A DNA stretch of 64,000 nt, taken from Amoeboaphelidium protococcarum X5 (lineage: Eukaryota; Fungi; Aphelidiomycota). The notes under the pieces were generated by a model. It ran no database searches. It was not told the DNA's origin and saw nothing but the letters and a program-made list of their open reading frames with translations. The translations under genes and the position numbers were made by a program. Location of the stretch: contig JALDTO010000098.1 in the NCBI GenBank assembly GCA_023515725.1, forward strand, positions 1,018,164-1,082,163, read 5' to 3'. Below are positions 1-15,109 of this stretch, in pieces. The first letter of the stretch is position 1, and each line of letters begins with the position of its first letter.

Positions 1-1729
1 GCGACAAAATACCGATAGGATTGGCCTTGTCAATCAGATCGATGGTAGGTTGCAAATCTAGACCAAAGTCGATAAACTTCCACTCAATACCTTCGCGCTT
101 ATACTCTTCCTGCTCCATGATGAACATGTGATGATTGAAAAACTACTGCAATCTCTCGTTAGTGTAATTGATACACAACTATTCAAAACTGTTAACCTCA
201 AAAATTTCAAAACCAGCAATATCCAGCACACCAATAAAGTAGGCACGAGAGGTAGGCTTATCGATGGCCTAATTGATACGATCAACCAGCTTGCCAAACA
301 TACGTTCGTACAAACCACGAGCCAGAGCTTCAACGGAGTAGCTGACCTGAGATGGATTTCTAGCTTAAACCACAAAATCACGACCAGCCTTGATACGAGG
401 CTTCAGCAAACCTTTAGTGAATTCTGCAACTGGAATACCAAACAAATGACACACCTTATCAACAACCTTCTAGGCAACATCAGTCAGCTGTGCCTAATCT
501 TCACGATCAGCTACCAGAGTAATGTTGCCCAAATGCATGATGGCTGCAATACAACGGAAAAACTCAAACTACTCTTCAGAAGTAATACCCATGATATTGA
601 AAGCCTCGAGGACACCGTTGAAATCAGCAACATCATCAACACCATCAATGTTCTTGTTACTGTTCTTCGTGAACTGATAGTCGTTCAAAGTCTCAGTCAA
701 CAGCAGCTACTACTTCATCTACTCATTAGCTCCCTTGGTAAGCTGATAGAAGATGTGATAGTTTCTCTCCTTAGAAGTCTAGTGAGTGACACGAGACTTC
801 TCCAACAGATAACGCTCGATGTTACCACTGGCAATATGACCGCTGCCACTAAACTCGATACGCACAAACTTACCGAAACGGGAAGAGTTGTTATTACGAA
901 CAGTCTGAGCATTACCAAAAGACTCCAGAATAGGATTAGCCTGCAAAATCTACTGCTCCAACACACCAACCTTGCTATTCACCTTGGCATCAGTACCTGA
1001 AGCAATAGAGGTCAGATACTGAATGACCTTCTTGGTGTTCTCCGTCTTACCGGCACCAGACTCTCCAGTAATCAGAATACTCTAATTCTCACGATTCTAC
1101 ACCATGTCATGATAGGAAGCATCAGAGATGGCATAGATGTGAGGAGGCATCTCGACACGACGTTTGTTCTTGTACATCTGAACAACCTTGTCAGTGTAGA
1201 TAGGCAACTTGCGGTAAGGATTAATGGCCACCAGAAAGAGACCCGAGTAAGTGTAGATCAGATTGGAGAAGTAACGCTACTTCAGATTGTGCAAGACAGA
1301 GGCCTCATTCAGATAAGACAGCTCAGCCATGTCCTCAATCTTGTCATATTTTGGCGGATTCATCTTCTCGGTCTGGTTGATGTTCACAACGGCGGTTTTG
1401 CCTTCGCTAAACTCAACAGTCACCTCTTCGCCATTCTCGGCAACAATCGTGGCAGCAACATAGCCATCCTGCTGATTCTCCACCCAGACCCACTTTTTCT
1501 CAGCCCATGCAGCTTGGTCCACAGCATCGACCAGAAACTTTTTACCGCTGGTTCTCAAGTACTACTCAGCCTCAGCATCTACGATCTAATTCTTTGCATT
1601 GTTGGTCGGTCTACATTACATGTGATATCACACATGATAGAGTGAGATGATAATGATGACGAATTATAGTGATACTCAACTGGAAACTTACTATTACTCA
1701 ACCGCCTGTTTAGTTGCAGACGGAGCCAT
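1..1729 (-). CDS. Myosin II heavy chain, N-terminal part (runs off window start)
   Basis: Table-6 translation gives WVWV SH3-like N-terminus, [26 protein letters not shown] and P-loop [24 protein letters not shown] at 1729; GTAAGT...TAG intron 1611-1691 splits a TA|A (Gln) codon. Confidence 0.93.
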
Positions 1730-2539
1730 CGTTAACAACTTTACTGTATCAATCAATCAAGATATAAGGATATATAATCAATAAGAAATGAGAGTAATAT
1801 CAAAAGTGACAATGATAAATCTCTTGTTATATAACTCTTTCAAGCTGTTACTGGATGGAAAAGAAGATGAAAGTCTGAAACAACAACACAAATACAATCG
1901 TTCTATTGAAAATCCGTCCAAGAGAATTGAGATTTGTTTGTCGTTTATCGATTTCACTCTCAAACAACACACGCACGCACTTGCGATCAAACAAACGTCG
2001 CGCCTCCTTTTCATCCCTGGCTGGCTGTCAAGCAACACGGAGCGTCTTCTCACCTTGATGATATTACCGTTACTTACAGTCACTTTGAGTATTTAAATTT
2101 ATGTTTATGCATCAATTGTAATATCAAATGTAAAGTGTGTATTTTAATAGAGATAGAGCGAAATTTTTCATATTACGGTATCAGCGATCTTGGATCTGAA
2201 ATATGGACTGATTAGTCGATCAAACTTACTATTCACATTTCACTCAGTGATTTGTGCTAGAAGATTTAGCACGTTCTGCGGCTTTAGTATCATATTAAGT
2301 AAATCTCGTTCTTTTTAAAAAGAATGCGCAAATGCTGAGAGAGTTGAATGAAGTTTCATCTGCGGTCGCTTGGCCGTGAAACGATGACCTGATTGGATGT
2401 TCTATTTAAGCATATCCAGGCTAAATTTAGACCATAATGATTTCAATTAACTCTTTAATTCATGGTGATGCTCATTGCCTGTCTTCTTCTTCTTATTCCT
2501 CTGCTTATAATTGATCTAAACACATCGTTAATACACTAG

Positions 2540-2860
2540 ATTTACGGCTAGAAAAGTGTAATGGACCCAGCTGAAATCGAGAGAAGAGTTTTGGCAGGTG
2601 AGAGACCTCAGCTGACTGATGATATAATGATGCGGCGCTAAATTGACCCCGTGATTGCTGGCCTGTGTGATTTGATGGAGATGTGTTGGGCTCAGGATCC
2701 TCTGGCTCGTCCACCTATTGATCAGGTGGTGCGCGAGTTGGAAAGGCTGGAGGAGATACTGAGGATGTAGCCTGACGCGGATGTGCCCTTCCCTGATCCT
2801 CCACAGAAACAGAATCATAGCACGGGCCCAACTTAAGGTATGTCTAATCCTTAGCTATGA
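2540..2860 (+). pseudogene. Orphan C-terminal fragment of a TKL/tyrosine-kinase-like protein kinase (subdomains X-XI)
   Basis: Reads IERRVLAGERPQL...LCDLMEMCWAQDPLARPPIDQVVRELERL to TGA 2858-2860; preceded by a possible acceptor (CACTAG). No upstream kinase motifs (HRD, DFG, APE) seen before the myosin promoter. Confidence 0.65.
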
Positions 2861-2942
2861 CTTGAAAATCAACGCATGTAATGAATAAAATATGGCTTCT
2901 TCTTTACTTACTTATATATGTATTTTAAATCAACTAAAGAAT

Positions 2943-4403
2943 TCAATTCTGCTCTTTATGCTTATCGTGCTTGCTCTTCTTCTGCTTCTTCTTTCCCTCT
3001 GAAGCGTCACCGCCATCTTCGTGCTTCCTCTTGCCGGCCACGTTGACAGCATCAGAGTTGACATTATAAGTGGAGCCTTTGACATCGGTGTTAACCTTGT
3101 TTGTCTTGAAGTTTGCCTTCTTTGTCATCTTGGATACTTCATTGCCTTCCAGTTTGGCAATCTTGTTCTCCAAATCACTCCTCATCTCCAGACCAAAGTC
3201 ACCACCATTCACCTCAACCTCCTATATCTTACCGTCATCAGCAGCTTTATCAGAAATATTGGCATCTTCACGAAGAGCATCAATTCTGGTACACAGGGCA
3301 GCCTTTGCAGCAACCATACGCGCAACCTTACCCTTATTCTTACCACCAGCGCTACCAACCATTCCCATACCGAATAGGAGACCATACTTTGGAGTGTCCT
3401 TCTTTCCTTTCAAAGCTCTGAACAAGGCCTTCTCAGCACCCAAAATCTGAATAGTACTAGCTGGAGCCTTAGATAAGTTGACCAGTGAACCAGCCTTAGC
3501 AATAAGACGCGCAGTCAATGGAGCATCACCGATCAAGTTGGTCAAATTAGGCGCAATCTGCTATGTTCTGCTCTGAATGTAACCCATGAGTTGAGCGCGA
3601 TATTCAGACAATGCGACAATCTAATCAGCCAAACTCATAACAGATGAACGATCTTCATCACTCATTTCAGTACCCATACTGATCTCAGATACCTACTTCA
3701 GTCGCGCCTCATCTTCTTCAGATATGATCTGACTCAAGTCAACCTACGCGTCCAAATCGTTGATATTCTCACGCATAGCTTTTACAGCCAAAACAGTCTT
3801 GGCATACTGCACATTATCGGTAACAACGCGTGTCATCTCAGGGAAATGCCATCCAAACCACTCCTTGAGGCGCATGGAATACGTGTTCAGCTCCTTATCC
3901 AAATCATCCAACAAGCTGATAGCTTGGATGATCATAGTATCCACCTTATCAGCGGTGAATTTCAGCTTATAACGCGACAAAGAGTGTGCCAAACCCAGAC
4001 TCATAGCATCAATCTACTGCTTAGTGATACCTTGCATCAGCTCAGGCAGATGTGATCTAATCAGTCTCATTGTCTCTTGGCTCGCTGCATCGCATTACAC
4101 CGTGATACCAAATTTCTTGGCGATTGACGCGCCCAACTTACTGTCACCAACCAAAAGAGAATCCTTATTATCACCCAGCTTTTCACTCACCTCCTTCTTG
4201 ATAAACTTCTTCAGCGTCGAGTCCAGCGTACCTTCAACGATAGCAGAAGCGGCTGCCAGTGCATCGGCAGTGGACTGAAATTTCTTGAAAGCCTTCAATT
4301 TGATCTAATCAGCAATTTCCAAGGTGTCCATCTCATCATGCTTGATAGTTTTTGGCCCTTTAAAGAGCGCGTAACCAGCAGGAGTCTCGTACAAGATTAA
4401 CAT
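2943..4403 (-). CDS. NOP58: Nucleolar protein 58 (box C/D snoRNP)
   Basis: [15 protein letters not shown] start; [54 protein letters not shown]. One 487-codon frame with TAR=Gln, ending in TGA. Confidence 0.95.
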
Positions 4404-5115
4404 TGCTGTGATCTCCAATATTTTTCTATTTTATTAGCAGAGAGAATGATCAATACAGCCGTGATCTAAATTTGACAAATTTTCAAAAGGTTGAAAGCGC
4501 CTTATCGAACGGCCATCAAAAGGGGTTTCCAGCAAACAAACCATCTCTCGCCTTTCTACCCAATAGAACGTATTGAGTGTTGTGAGTTTCACTGCAAGAT
4601 GCCGTATATAATCCAGTCGCGTTATTATACTTATAATTAGAACACATAATTTAATAAATATTCTAAAGCCTGCATATATAGGTGGTGAAATATAAAGAAT
4701 AAGTCCAGATTCATGAACTACTCTAAATGCGGTAAAATTTGGGGACATCACAAGGTTAATCGTGCTAATTGTACATGCCGTAATTATCATTAAGGGACTA
4801 CTCTGTCTTGAGCATATTTTAATCACGTACTATTATAGTCTTTTTTAAATTTTACAACTTGTATCTTTTAACTAAAATATATGTGATACCAAATTTAGAT
4901 GCCAAGTTTCTATTCTTGGCGCCATGTGCCTATTTTTGGCTTACGAGTTAGACTCACCTCAAATGATCACATAGCTTCACACAGCCTTCTTCCTGCTCAC
5001 ACATTGAAGAGAATATTCCACAGTTAACTCTCCTCTTCTCATTTTGATTATTATTATTATTGAATATCAGTAATTAATTGAAAACCAAGTATTATACCGA
5101 TAAAAAGAACAGTGT

Positions 5116-6930
5116 ATGGACAGCATTAATAATATTCCTTCGTCTAGTGATAAGGGTCGCGTGTCAATAAAATTCATTGGTCGCCCGCCAGCCTCGTTTA
5201 AGAACAATGACACTCAGCCTGGACATGCTTCTAGTAAAGAGGCACACATTCTGAATATGATATCCTTCCCGCTGAATGATAATGTCATATCTGGAAGTGA
5301 TCTGACGAAGCACTTTGTTGATGACGTCGATGCTGGTAATGAGGACCCATTCTCGCTGGAGTCGTTTGAAGGTCTGATCAATGCTCACCACAAGGCTGGT
5401 AAGGATTTTCTGATTGCGCGTGTTATTACAATGACGCCGTAGACTTATGATACTCTGACCAACGCGGAGAATTATACCATTTCTGCCGATGGATCCAAGA
5501 CTTTTATCAAGAATTAGCAAGAGCTGTCCGGTCAAGTGTACAAGTCTTACTACGCTGCTCACCAGATCAATCGCTCCCTGTTTCGCACTCAGCCTGAAGA
5601 AGGCCTACTGCACAGAATGAAGGCTAAGAATCCCATGAATAACTTGAACATTGTCGGTGATGTGCACTATTTCGTCGTCAAGTGTCCATAGAATTAGCAG
5701 GCGTAGAGTGGAAGTATGACCCGCGTAAATACCGCTGGAGATCCTTTGAATGCCGCTGGGAATGGTACCACGAATGCTGAGACAGCTTCAATCACTTCAT
5801 CAACCTCAATGCCAAATTTAAATTCTGAAACGGCGATTGACGGCGATCTGAAACAAAACTCCAGCTCTGCGTCTCTGAACTTGACAATGGACACCGCCAC
5901 CACCGACAAGGTGAGAAGCGATTCGCAGAATACTCTGGTAAATGCAGATGTTAATGTGTAGGATGACGCGCAGACTCAGGAGTACACTGCTCAATTTTAT
6001 GCCACTGATGATGATTTCTTGATGCGTCGTCATATCAGAGAGTATTTCAAGTAGAATGCCATGAGTCCGGAGGACGTGTTCTTGTTCACTCTGTTTGGCT
6101 CGTAACAGTAGAATTTGAGCACCCAGTCTGGCGGTGGTAATGGGCCTCTGGTGAGTGATCCAACTAATCCGAATGCAGTGGCGATGACTATGGAAGAGGC
6201 GATTCTGATGTACCAGAGAGAGCAGGAGAATAGAAACAGAAGCTCTGCTGATGTTTTGAGATCAAACCATGCTACTGATGGCTCTAGAAGTGGTCGCGAA
6301 AGATCTGTGTCAATGTACGCTCGTCTCGAATCTTGGCTTCGTGAGAGGTTTCCAAATGTTGCCTCAATATAGATGGCTCAGACTGCTCCGAATAGTCCAT
6401 CTGTAGCCAGCCGTGATCATCTGGTGGCGATTCAGGAAAATCTGCCGTCTTCTTAATCTGAAACTCCGCGTTCTATTGATTAGGTGCTAGCTTAGTCTGC
6501 TGAAGACATGGACCTGGAAGCATAACGTTTGGCAGACTAGTCTTGGATTACGAGAATAATGGGGCGACCTGCTACTGCGGAGGTTGCTGCGTAGGAAAGC
6601 ACTGAACATCCAAGTAGATTTAGGCGATTTTGGTCTTACATTACTAGTGACAGGTTCATGGTTCTAGCTGCTTTGATTTGTATTTGCGGTCTTATTGGCA
6701 CCATATTCTTTATCCAAGGTGTTAATCCGGTCTCGATCACTATGTTTTGTGTCTTTATTTTGGCGATTATTTTCTGCATAAGTACTGGATGTTACAAGCC
6801 ATATGAGCGTACTCGAAGATCCTCTGTGAGAAATAGATACCCAACAACTCCTGTACAGCCGGGCAGAACCAGTAGCTCGAATGTCGATCTCAATATGTTG
6901 ATGCTCACAAACTAGCCGTCTGTCAGCTGA
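5116..6930 (+). CDS. Conserved hypothetical protein (possibly DUF5092-like) with two C-terminal TM helices
   Basis: 605-codon TGA-free frame. DPFSLESFE...KDFLIARV and YYAAHQINRSLFRTQPEEGLLHRMKAKNPMNN resemble a family I recall from microsporidia and early-diverging fungi. Hydrophobic pair at about 6658-6790. Confidence 0.7.
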
Positions 6931-7439
6931 TACCAGATTTATAACAGTAATTTATTGTATAATTGTGATAAACTATTTAGAATATAGAATTTAATATTGT
7001 AGTATCTCTTTTCATCTCATTTGTAATCATGAACATTTCATTAGCCTATATTCAGTCTTCACATTTGCCAAGTCAAAATATGATCAAAAAGAATTACTTA
7101 ACAATTTCTTTTTGCTGAGGGGATATACTGTGTGAGGACATAGAGTTCAAAGTCGATGACAGCATCATAGATCCAATTCTTTATAGCCAATACTGTAGGC
7201 ATACGACTGAGAGAAGGGTCGCGTTGACACAATGAAGTAAGCTAATCAACAACCTGTCAAGATAGGTACATCCAAGAGAGTGTAAACATAAATCAGTCAT
7301 ATTCACAATGAATCTTATCTATTATTCATTCACAACATCGTTATCATTATCATCAACATCACTCGGTATTGTAGTCTTATTGTAGGGAACAGCAGCAGAG
7401 TGTGAACGGACGCGAATAGCAGCAGCATCATCATCACTA

Positions 7440-9118
7440 TCAAGCAGAGCGATAAAAGCCTTGAAACTTATCAGCTGACTGCGACGCTTGTTACTTGGGC
7501 ACTTGAGTTTTACTTGATACTTCACTGGTAGCGTCTAATGCTTTATGGCCGGTTGAAACTTCCTGTAACTGTTATTAGACCTGCTAATAACTCGCCAGAG
7601 CTTGCAAGTAATGCGCCTATTGCAACTATTGATCTTGCAAAATTCCACTATAGTTATTTTGCATCAACTCTGGGTGCAGACGCTGCTCTTCATCAATCAG
7701 ATTGTCAAGACTAATACCCATGTCCGAGTCAAGCTGATCCATCTCAATTGCCTGAGAGCCTAGCGTTTGCGATGCAAGCATCTCTTCAGTACTACTTCTA
7801 GCCGGCAATGGATGGATCTAAACAAACCCAGTGGATTAAATGCTATACTCTGGAGATGACTGAACGCGTGGTCTAGCTGGAGAATTGGCGGGAGATTCTT
7901 CAATCACTTCCATCATCTAATGGCGCTTTGAGTTCTGACTGCTCTGCGGTTGTACAGACTGCTACTGCTGTAGCTACTAACTGTTCAACTTTTACATCAG
8001 AGAGTCGAAACTCATAGGCTACTGATCCGCCGCCGGCTGAGCATCTTGACCATCCAGAGTCAAAGTTTGATCATACAGCTGCCTGATAATCTCATCTTGA
8101 ATAGTCTGGCGACGCTTGAGATGATGCAATTCTTGATTCAACGCAACCAAAGTCTTTTGGATATGATACATAGTCTGAGTGTGATCGCCCATCATGTTCT
8201 GCATAGATACCAAGTACTTTTAAATCTCCGACGTCTCCTTCTTATAAACATCGCTCTCGATGGTGCGACGCTTAATGTCGTCCAGCAATTCAATGTGACC
8301 TCGCAGAAACTTTGGATGACAGAATTCCCAAAACTGTTAGTCAACTGAGGATCTCTGTCCTCTATTGCTCTTATTCGCCTTGTGGAATCCGTACATGTTA
8401 AGCTAACGCTGGAAAGACTGGAAGTTTTTATGCTTGAAATACTTTGGCAAGACATCGCGAGCGAAATCAGTTGCATTGACCACAACAAATGATGTACCAG
8501 TCGGACTCCATGATATCAGCTAAGTATTCTGGTTATCGCTCACCATAGTGTAAAGCTTTTGCACAAATGAAGGCTATCCAGAGTGTTTCGAAGATCCAGT
8601 GACTATGCTGTTTGATGACTGAGAAGTCAAATCCTGAGCACTCACACCTGCTGAAGAGTAGTTGCTACATATTATTATCATGATTGATGGTTACAATGTT
8701 AAGCGATATGTTTATATCAATGAGCATACCTCAAAGGATGCATACTACCATCGGATAGTGAATCCGTAGATAGCGATGCAAACTACTAACGATAATCAGG
8801 CAAGTCATTCACAGATGGAGATGATATGGACTGATTGTTGTTGCTTGAACTACTCTGCGTTGCAGAAGTGTGCCCAATTGTTGGAATCCTTGGGCTATAC
8901 TGATGCATGGAGTTGCGCCTGGCCAATATGCTGTCAGCGGATCTTCTCATTGCCATTACAGAATGTACTTTAGATTCTAAATCTCTTTTATGACGATGAT
9001 GATAATGATCTTCTATATAGAAGAAAGGTAACGAGGCTCTGCTATTTTTAGCCTGCAGCAAGGAGAGCGATGATCATTGTTAATCGTGAGGATTTACGTA
9101 GTCAGTGATCTGCGGCAT
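7440..9118 (-). CDS. HSF-type DNA-binding transcription factor
   Basis: [11 protein letters not shown]...[13 protein letters not shown]...[25 protein letters not shown]...[11 protein letters not shown], then a coiled coil and Q-rich tail. Intron 8665-8729 (GTATGC..TAG); probable short 5' intron, so the start codon is less certain. TGA at 7440-7442. Confidence 0.88.
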
Positions 9119-9746
9119 ACTTAGCAACTGTGATTGTAAACATCTGCATATCAAAATAATGTCCGTAGCTTAAAAAGTGGTATACTATCAATGAAAGTAT
9201 ATTTAAAATTCATATTATATTCATTTCGTGTAACCTGAATATCAGCAATGCAAAGCGAAGCATCTCAGTATCATCATCAGTGAGCGATCAATGAAACAAG
9301 CCAAGCTATTAAAACAGTGGGCCATAGAACCAAACTGATAAACCCAGACCACAGTCTCAACCATTTCTGTCTTCTTTCTTGACTTGCTTCTGTAGTAGGC
9401 ATCAGATACTAATCGGTATTTACAGATTCACTTCAAGTAATATACAATACAAAAGTGAAATTTTTGTAAATGAGTATTCAAATGGAGCACTGATATATTC
9501 ACCATTAAGATTATATTGATATCTCTGACGCGTCGCTTCATTGAAAGCATTCGATTTGTAAAACTGGGGATCATTCCACGCGGAATAAAAGAAGGAAATT
9601 CCAAAGGGGGCGAATTGAAATTCGTAACAGCGTGCGACAAAATGCCGTAAGTCTTCTCTTTCACTTAAAATACACGTTACGATCAGAGAAATCGTATAAT
9701 TTCCAATTAAAAAAACAATAATATTTATAAAAAACACTTTGCGCAA

Positions 9747-11570
9747 ATGTAGTCTGCATAAAATTTGAATGATTAGCAGTTGGAAGAGTTGAATTATGAG
9801 ATTCGCCATGCACCTCAGCTCAATACTCTTGGACCAATTTTGATTTTCAGACAGTTAGATCATGCCTCTGCTCAATACAAAATATCCGCTCTTATTGTCA
9901 GCGATAATCCTGTGGCTCCTCAATTGACCTTTAGCTAATAATCTAGTGGAAAAGTATTTAAATTTGATGGCTAGGCACTGCATAAGTATAATGGATTTTC
10001 TACTTTTTGGCGCACCGATGTCTGCTTGCCTGTGGCTGCTGATCGTGATGAGAAATTCACTTACATCGTGTCCACCATGCCTGGATAGAATTGGGGGGTG
10101 TGTGTACCTGCATTGAACCGCCAGGCATTCAATATGTCTTTCTACAGCTGCAATGGCTTCTCGCTGTCTACCCCATAGCAGAAGTGTGAGGCCGCTGGTG
10201 GACTGGAGCCGTTGTGGCAAGACTTGTTGATCAAACACGCGGCAGATCCTTTCCATGTTCTGATTGGCGGAGGCGATTAACTTTATAATGACGCGGTATG
10301 GAAACTGCCTGCTCTAAAGGACTGGCTCAATATTCGTGGCTCTGAGCATCGTCATAATGCTGAATGGAAGCCTGATATGGAGTTCCAAGTGCAGCAGTAT
10401 TATTTCAATCACTATATGCAGCATTTCACTTTGCCGGCTATTGCTTAAGCGATGGCTCAGATTCCATCGATTAACATCTCGGGAGATCACGATATTTTTG
10501 ATGGTGTGGGAAGTTATCCAGAGATTCTGGAGACATCAAATGTTTTTACGAACATGAAGCGTATTGCTGGATCTTTTTACCTGCTGTTTTAACACTGTAT
10601 GACCAGTGATCAAGGTGTGGAGGATGGTTACCTGGTAAATGAGGCCAAGACTTCCTTCTCTTCCGTGAAGATGCTTGGTACCACCACCGCTTTGGCCGTA
10701 TTGGATACGCGTGGTGAACGTACATAGGGACGTATTGTCTCTGAGGAGTCTTACGCAAAGTTTTATGCTGAGGTGCGTAAAATCCCGGCTGGAGTGAAGC
10801 ATTTGCTATTCTTGAGTGAGATTCCTATCGTGTATCCACACTTGAACTCTGTGCACAGTTTACTAGGTGTATTTGGAAAGTGCAAGAAAGGTGTGAACAA
10901 GTCATTCAACTTTTTGCAGCGCAAGATGTTGGGTAGTCTCATTGGTGCAGTGTTTGGCCCGAAAGCTGAACAAGGCTTGGAAAATGCATCTATCAGGATG
11001 AAGGATTTCTTGGGTAAGAAGGGACTGCTAAAGTCTGTGGTAAATGAGTTTGGTATCGTCGAGTTGAATGACGATCTTGTGGATCATTGGGGCTCTGCTA
11101 ACCACAACCATGAAAGGATTGATTTGATTGAGAATCTGCAGGTAATTGCGAAAGAGTAAAAGTTACGCATCACCTTTCTGGGTGGTGATGTTCATTTGGG
11201 ATGTATTGGACGTATTTTTGATAAGCACAATCCAGAGAATGATACGGCCACCATGTATCAAGTTACTTCATCAGCCATCGGAAATCTGCCACCACCAGAC
11301 TTTGTGGTCAAAATTGCTCACAAGAATTCTGGATGCCACAAGGTGAGCGGAGATATCTACGAAGAGATGGTCAAGACTTTTAACGTTGATGTGGATGGAC
11401 GTGACACGCAGTTCAAGATTCTGGTACCTCGTCGTAATTACTGTATCATCCGTAAAGAGTCGGATACTGAAGCGCTAAAGTTCTCTTTGCAAGTTGAGGC
11501 CAAAGATTACAAGGATCCGTCTGTTCCCTATGTAATCACCATCCCTGCCGTTGCACCGACTCTATTATGA
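9747..11570 (+). CDS. PhoD-like (alkaline phosphatase D family) metallophosphatase
   Basis: 608-codon frame; FYSCNGFS, LWQDLL, PFHVLIGGGDQLYND, GDHDIFDGVGSY, LDTRGER, LNDDLVDHW, FLGGDVHLG, QVTSSAIGN. Confidence 0.85.
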
Positions 11571-11940
11571 TTCTATTTGATTGATTGATTTCAATATATT
11601 ATTCTCTAATTAATGACTTGATGTTTCATTTACCACGCGTACTTTTGAATTCGGTAAAACTAGTTGCACATAAACACGAGATGGCGTTGCCGGTTGAACT
11701 TTTAGGATCTGAACCAGTTTTCGGTGGCTGTGCTAGAAAGTATTCGCTTGCTTTTAATAAATTCAACAGATGTCAATTCTCATAACAGTTGGCGCGGCAA
11801 ATTATGGTAAGCCTATTTTAATAAAGTCTTTAATCAAATGAACCTAGGTACTTAGAAAGTTAATGGCGCGTCAAATTAGAATTGAACAATCCGGATTATT
11901 AGTTACTGAGTGATATGTCTTCTTCTGCTTCAATGAATGA

Positions 11941-12140
11941 ATGAAAGGTGTGTACTGTAGGCATCGTTACGATTAAAACTTGGTATCTATCAACTAGTAG
12001 AATGCATAGTTAAATGAGTTCTGGTTAGAGCATGGAATCACCTCTTAATTTACTACTCCGTATGTCCATCAACGAAATGGTGTTGTTGAGGCTAAGAATC
12101 GCTCATTGATGGATGGAATCCGTTAAATGGTTTAATGCGA
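11941..12140 (+). mobile_element. Degenerate Ty1/copia integrase core fragment
   Basis: LNEFWLEHGITSQFTTPYVHQRNGVVEAKNRSLMDGIRQM matches the copia rve consensus GI..Q.T.PY.PQ.NG..ER.NR.L....R.M. No LTRs or RT recognised; flanked by broken frames to about 13100. Confidence 0.7.
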
Positions 12141-13274
12141 GCGGACTTTTAACACTGCTATTGCCTACAATACCTATGCTTCGACCTCGGTCCATACACT
12201 GTACATTCCTGATGGTCATTAGATATTGCGTTAGTTGATTATATTGATGAATTTTCTCTGCGATTCAGTTGTGCTAGACAAGTACACCGTAGTGCTATCC
12301 GTCAGCAATTTGGTGGGATTTATATCCCGTAGAACTATCACGAGCAAGTGCACGCGACGTTGTCATGTCTGCCTATTGAGCTACTTGCCAGGAGAATAAG
12401 ATATATGGCTACTGCTACTTGGTACCTGAGAGTTGTGCTGAGTAATCTGCCTTCCATGCAAGAGCCTCGAATGATCGAGGCGAATTATGCGTCTGTAACC
12501 AACATTGGCAAAGAGTTGGAGCTGCTGTTGCGTAATTTCACGCGCATATTTGGCAGTCTGGACGAGGAGAACTTCGCTGGCTTCTTGGTGATTTATGATG
12601 ACTCTTTTATCATTGATGTACAAGAGAAGCTTGCATAATCCCTGGATACTGTGGCTTGAAATGGTGATGATCTACGCAATTGTTTCAGCTGTCTTGCTAA
12701 TCCTTATAGATAGTGTATCGTTTGTGGTTACAATATTTTAGTAAAACGTGCGCGATTGATCCATACATTCTGCTTAAAAAGTATATGGAGAGGATCTGCA
12801 GTCATAATAGTCATAGACAAGTCACTGCATTCAACGAGATTCACTTGCACTTGCTGGAAATGCAAAGGCAGAAGATTTCAAACGCGTAAGAAGTGGATAT
12901 AAAGCACAACGCTATAGAAATCAACTATAGACCGGTTGAAACAATACAAACTGCTGAAAATTGTGCTGTATCTGAAGCTTTGGTAGATAATGAGGAGATA
13001 TACACAGAATCAGTAGAGTTTAAGAACGAAGGGATGGTGCTGATGATGACCTGTAGAAAGAAATTGAAGGGCGATGGTGACAATTTACGCTCCTAGTAAC
13101 TGTTCGTTATGGTAGAGTTGAGGAAGACTGAGTGTAAGCAAAAGTAAAAACCAGCTAATAAAAAAATTAACTTTTTTAAGCATTTTGCACCTCCACTTAC
13201 ATCTATTAAATTAACCACTATTCGCAATCTATATAAACTCTTTAACACACGCAAACGCGAAACATCCATACGCT

Positions 13275-14489
<1,215 letters not shown>

Positions 14490-15109
14490 TGTCTAATTTA
14501 TTTCACGCATTTACCAAAGCTATACTCAGATATAGATACTATCAGCAGAAAGTGTAGATTTATGGTGGCAACAAGAGCCATGTCTACGGGCCTATTTTTA
14601 TACTCATAACTGTTTGTTTCATATCCGACTATTGAATCTTTTTCTATGACAACCATCAGCGTCACTTTACGCTTAACAACGACACCTTTATAAAGTAATG
14701 GTAACTTGATGAACTTGAGAGAGAGAGAATTTGGGAATACTGTATGATTTAAATACTCATCGAATTTATAAATTTCATAGTCTAACTATATCCACTCTTC
14801 ACGTTTAAAGCCATCAATGATGAAAGAGAAAGAGGTGCGCACTAGCTTCTGCAATGATTTTTCATCGAATCCAGCATTTGCAACGCCTTCGAATTAAAGT
14901 AAGGCTCATGACCGCTTGAAGATCGCTGTATAAGTCCATGACTTAATTCTTTCCTCTTTATCAAATTTAACAGGGTGCGCATGTACTGTACTTTGTATTA
15001 ACACTCTGGTTTTAATTAGATTTCGGTCGCGTCTTTTTCTCTATCGCCGTTGCATTAGAGCTTCATTCGACAAGTAACGGTAATATCAAGTGAATATCAC
15101 TCCAGAAAA

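Noticed and set aside
128-1645. Long plus-strand ORFs (290 aa, 178 aa)
   Set aside because: Antisense shadows of myosin II caused by codon bias; no motifs.
7073-7525. TGA-free frame overlapping the HSF 3' end (possible Skn7-type receiver domain)
   Set aside because: Different frame from HSF and no receiver motifs; long frames arise by chance with only one stop codon.
9590-9625. Possible heat-shock elements upstream of HSF
   Set aside because: GAA/TTC spacing does not match nGAAnnTTCn arrays.
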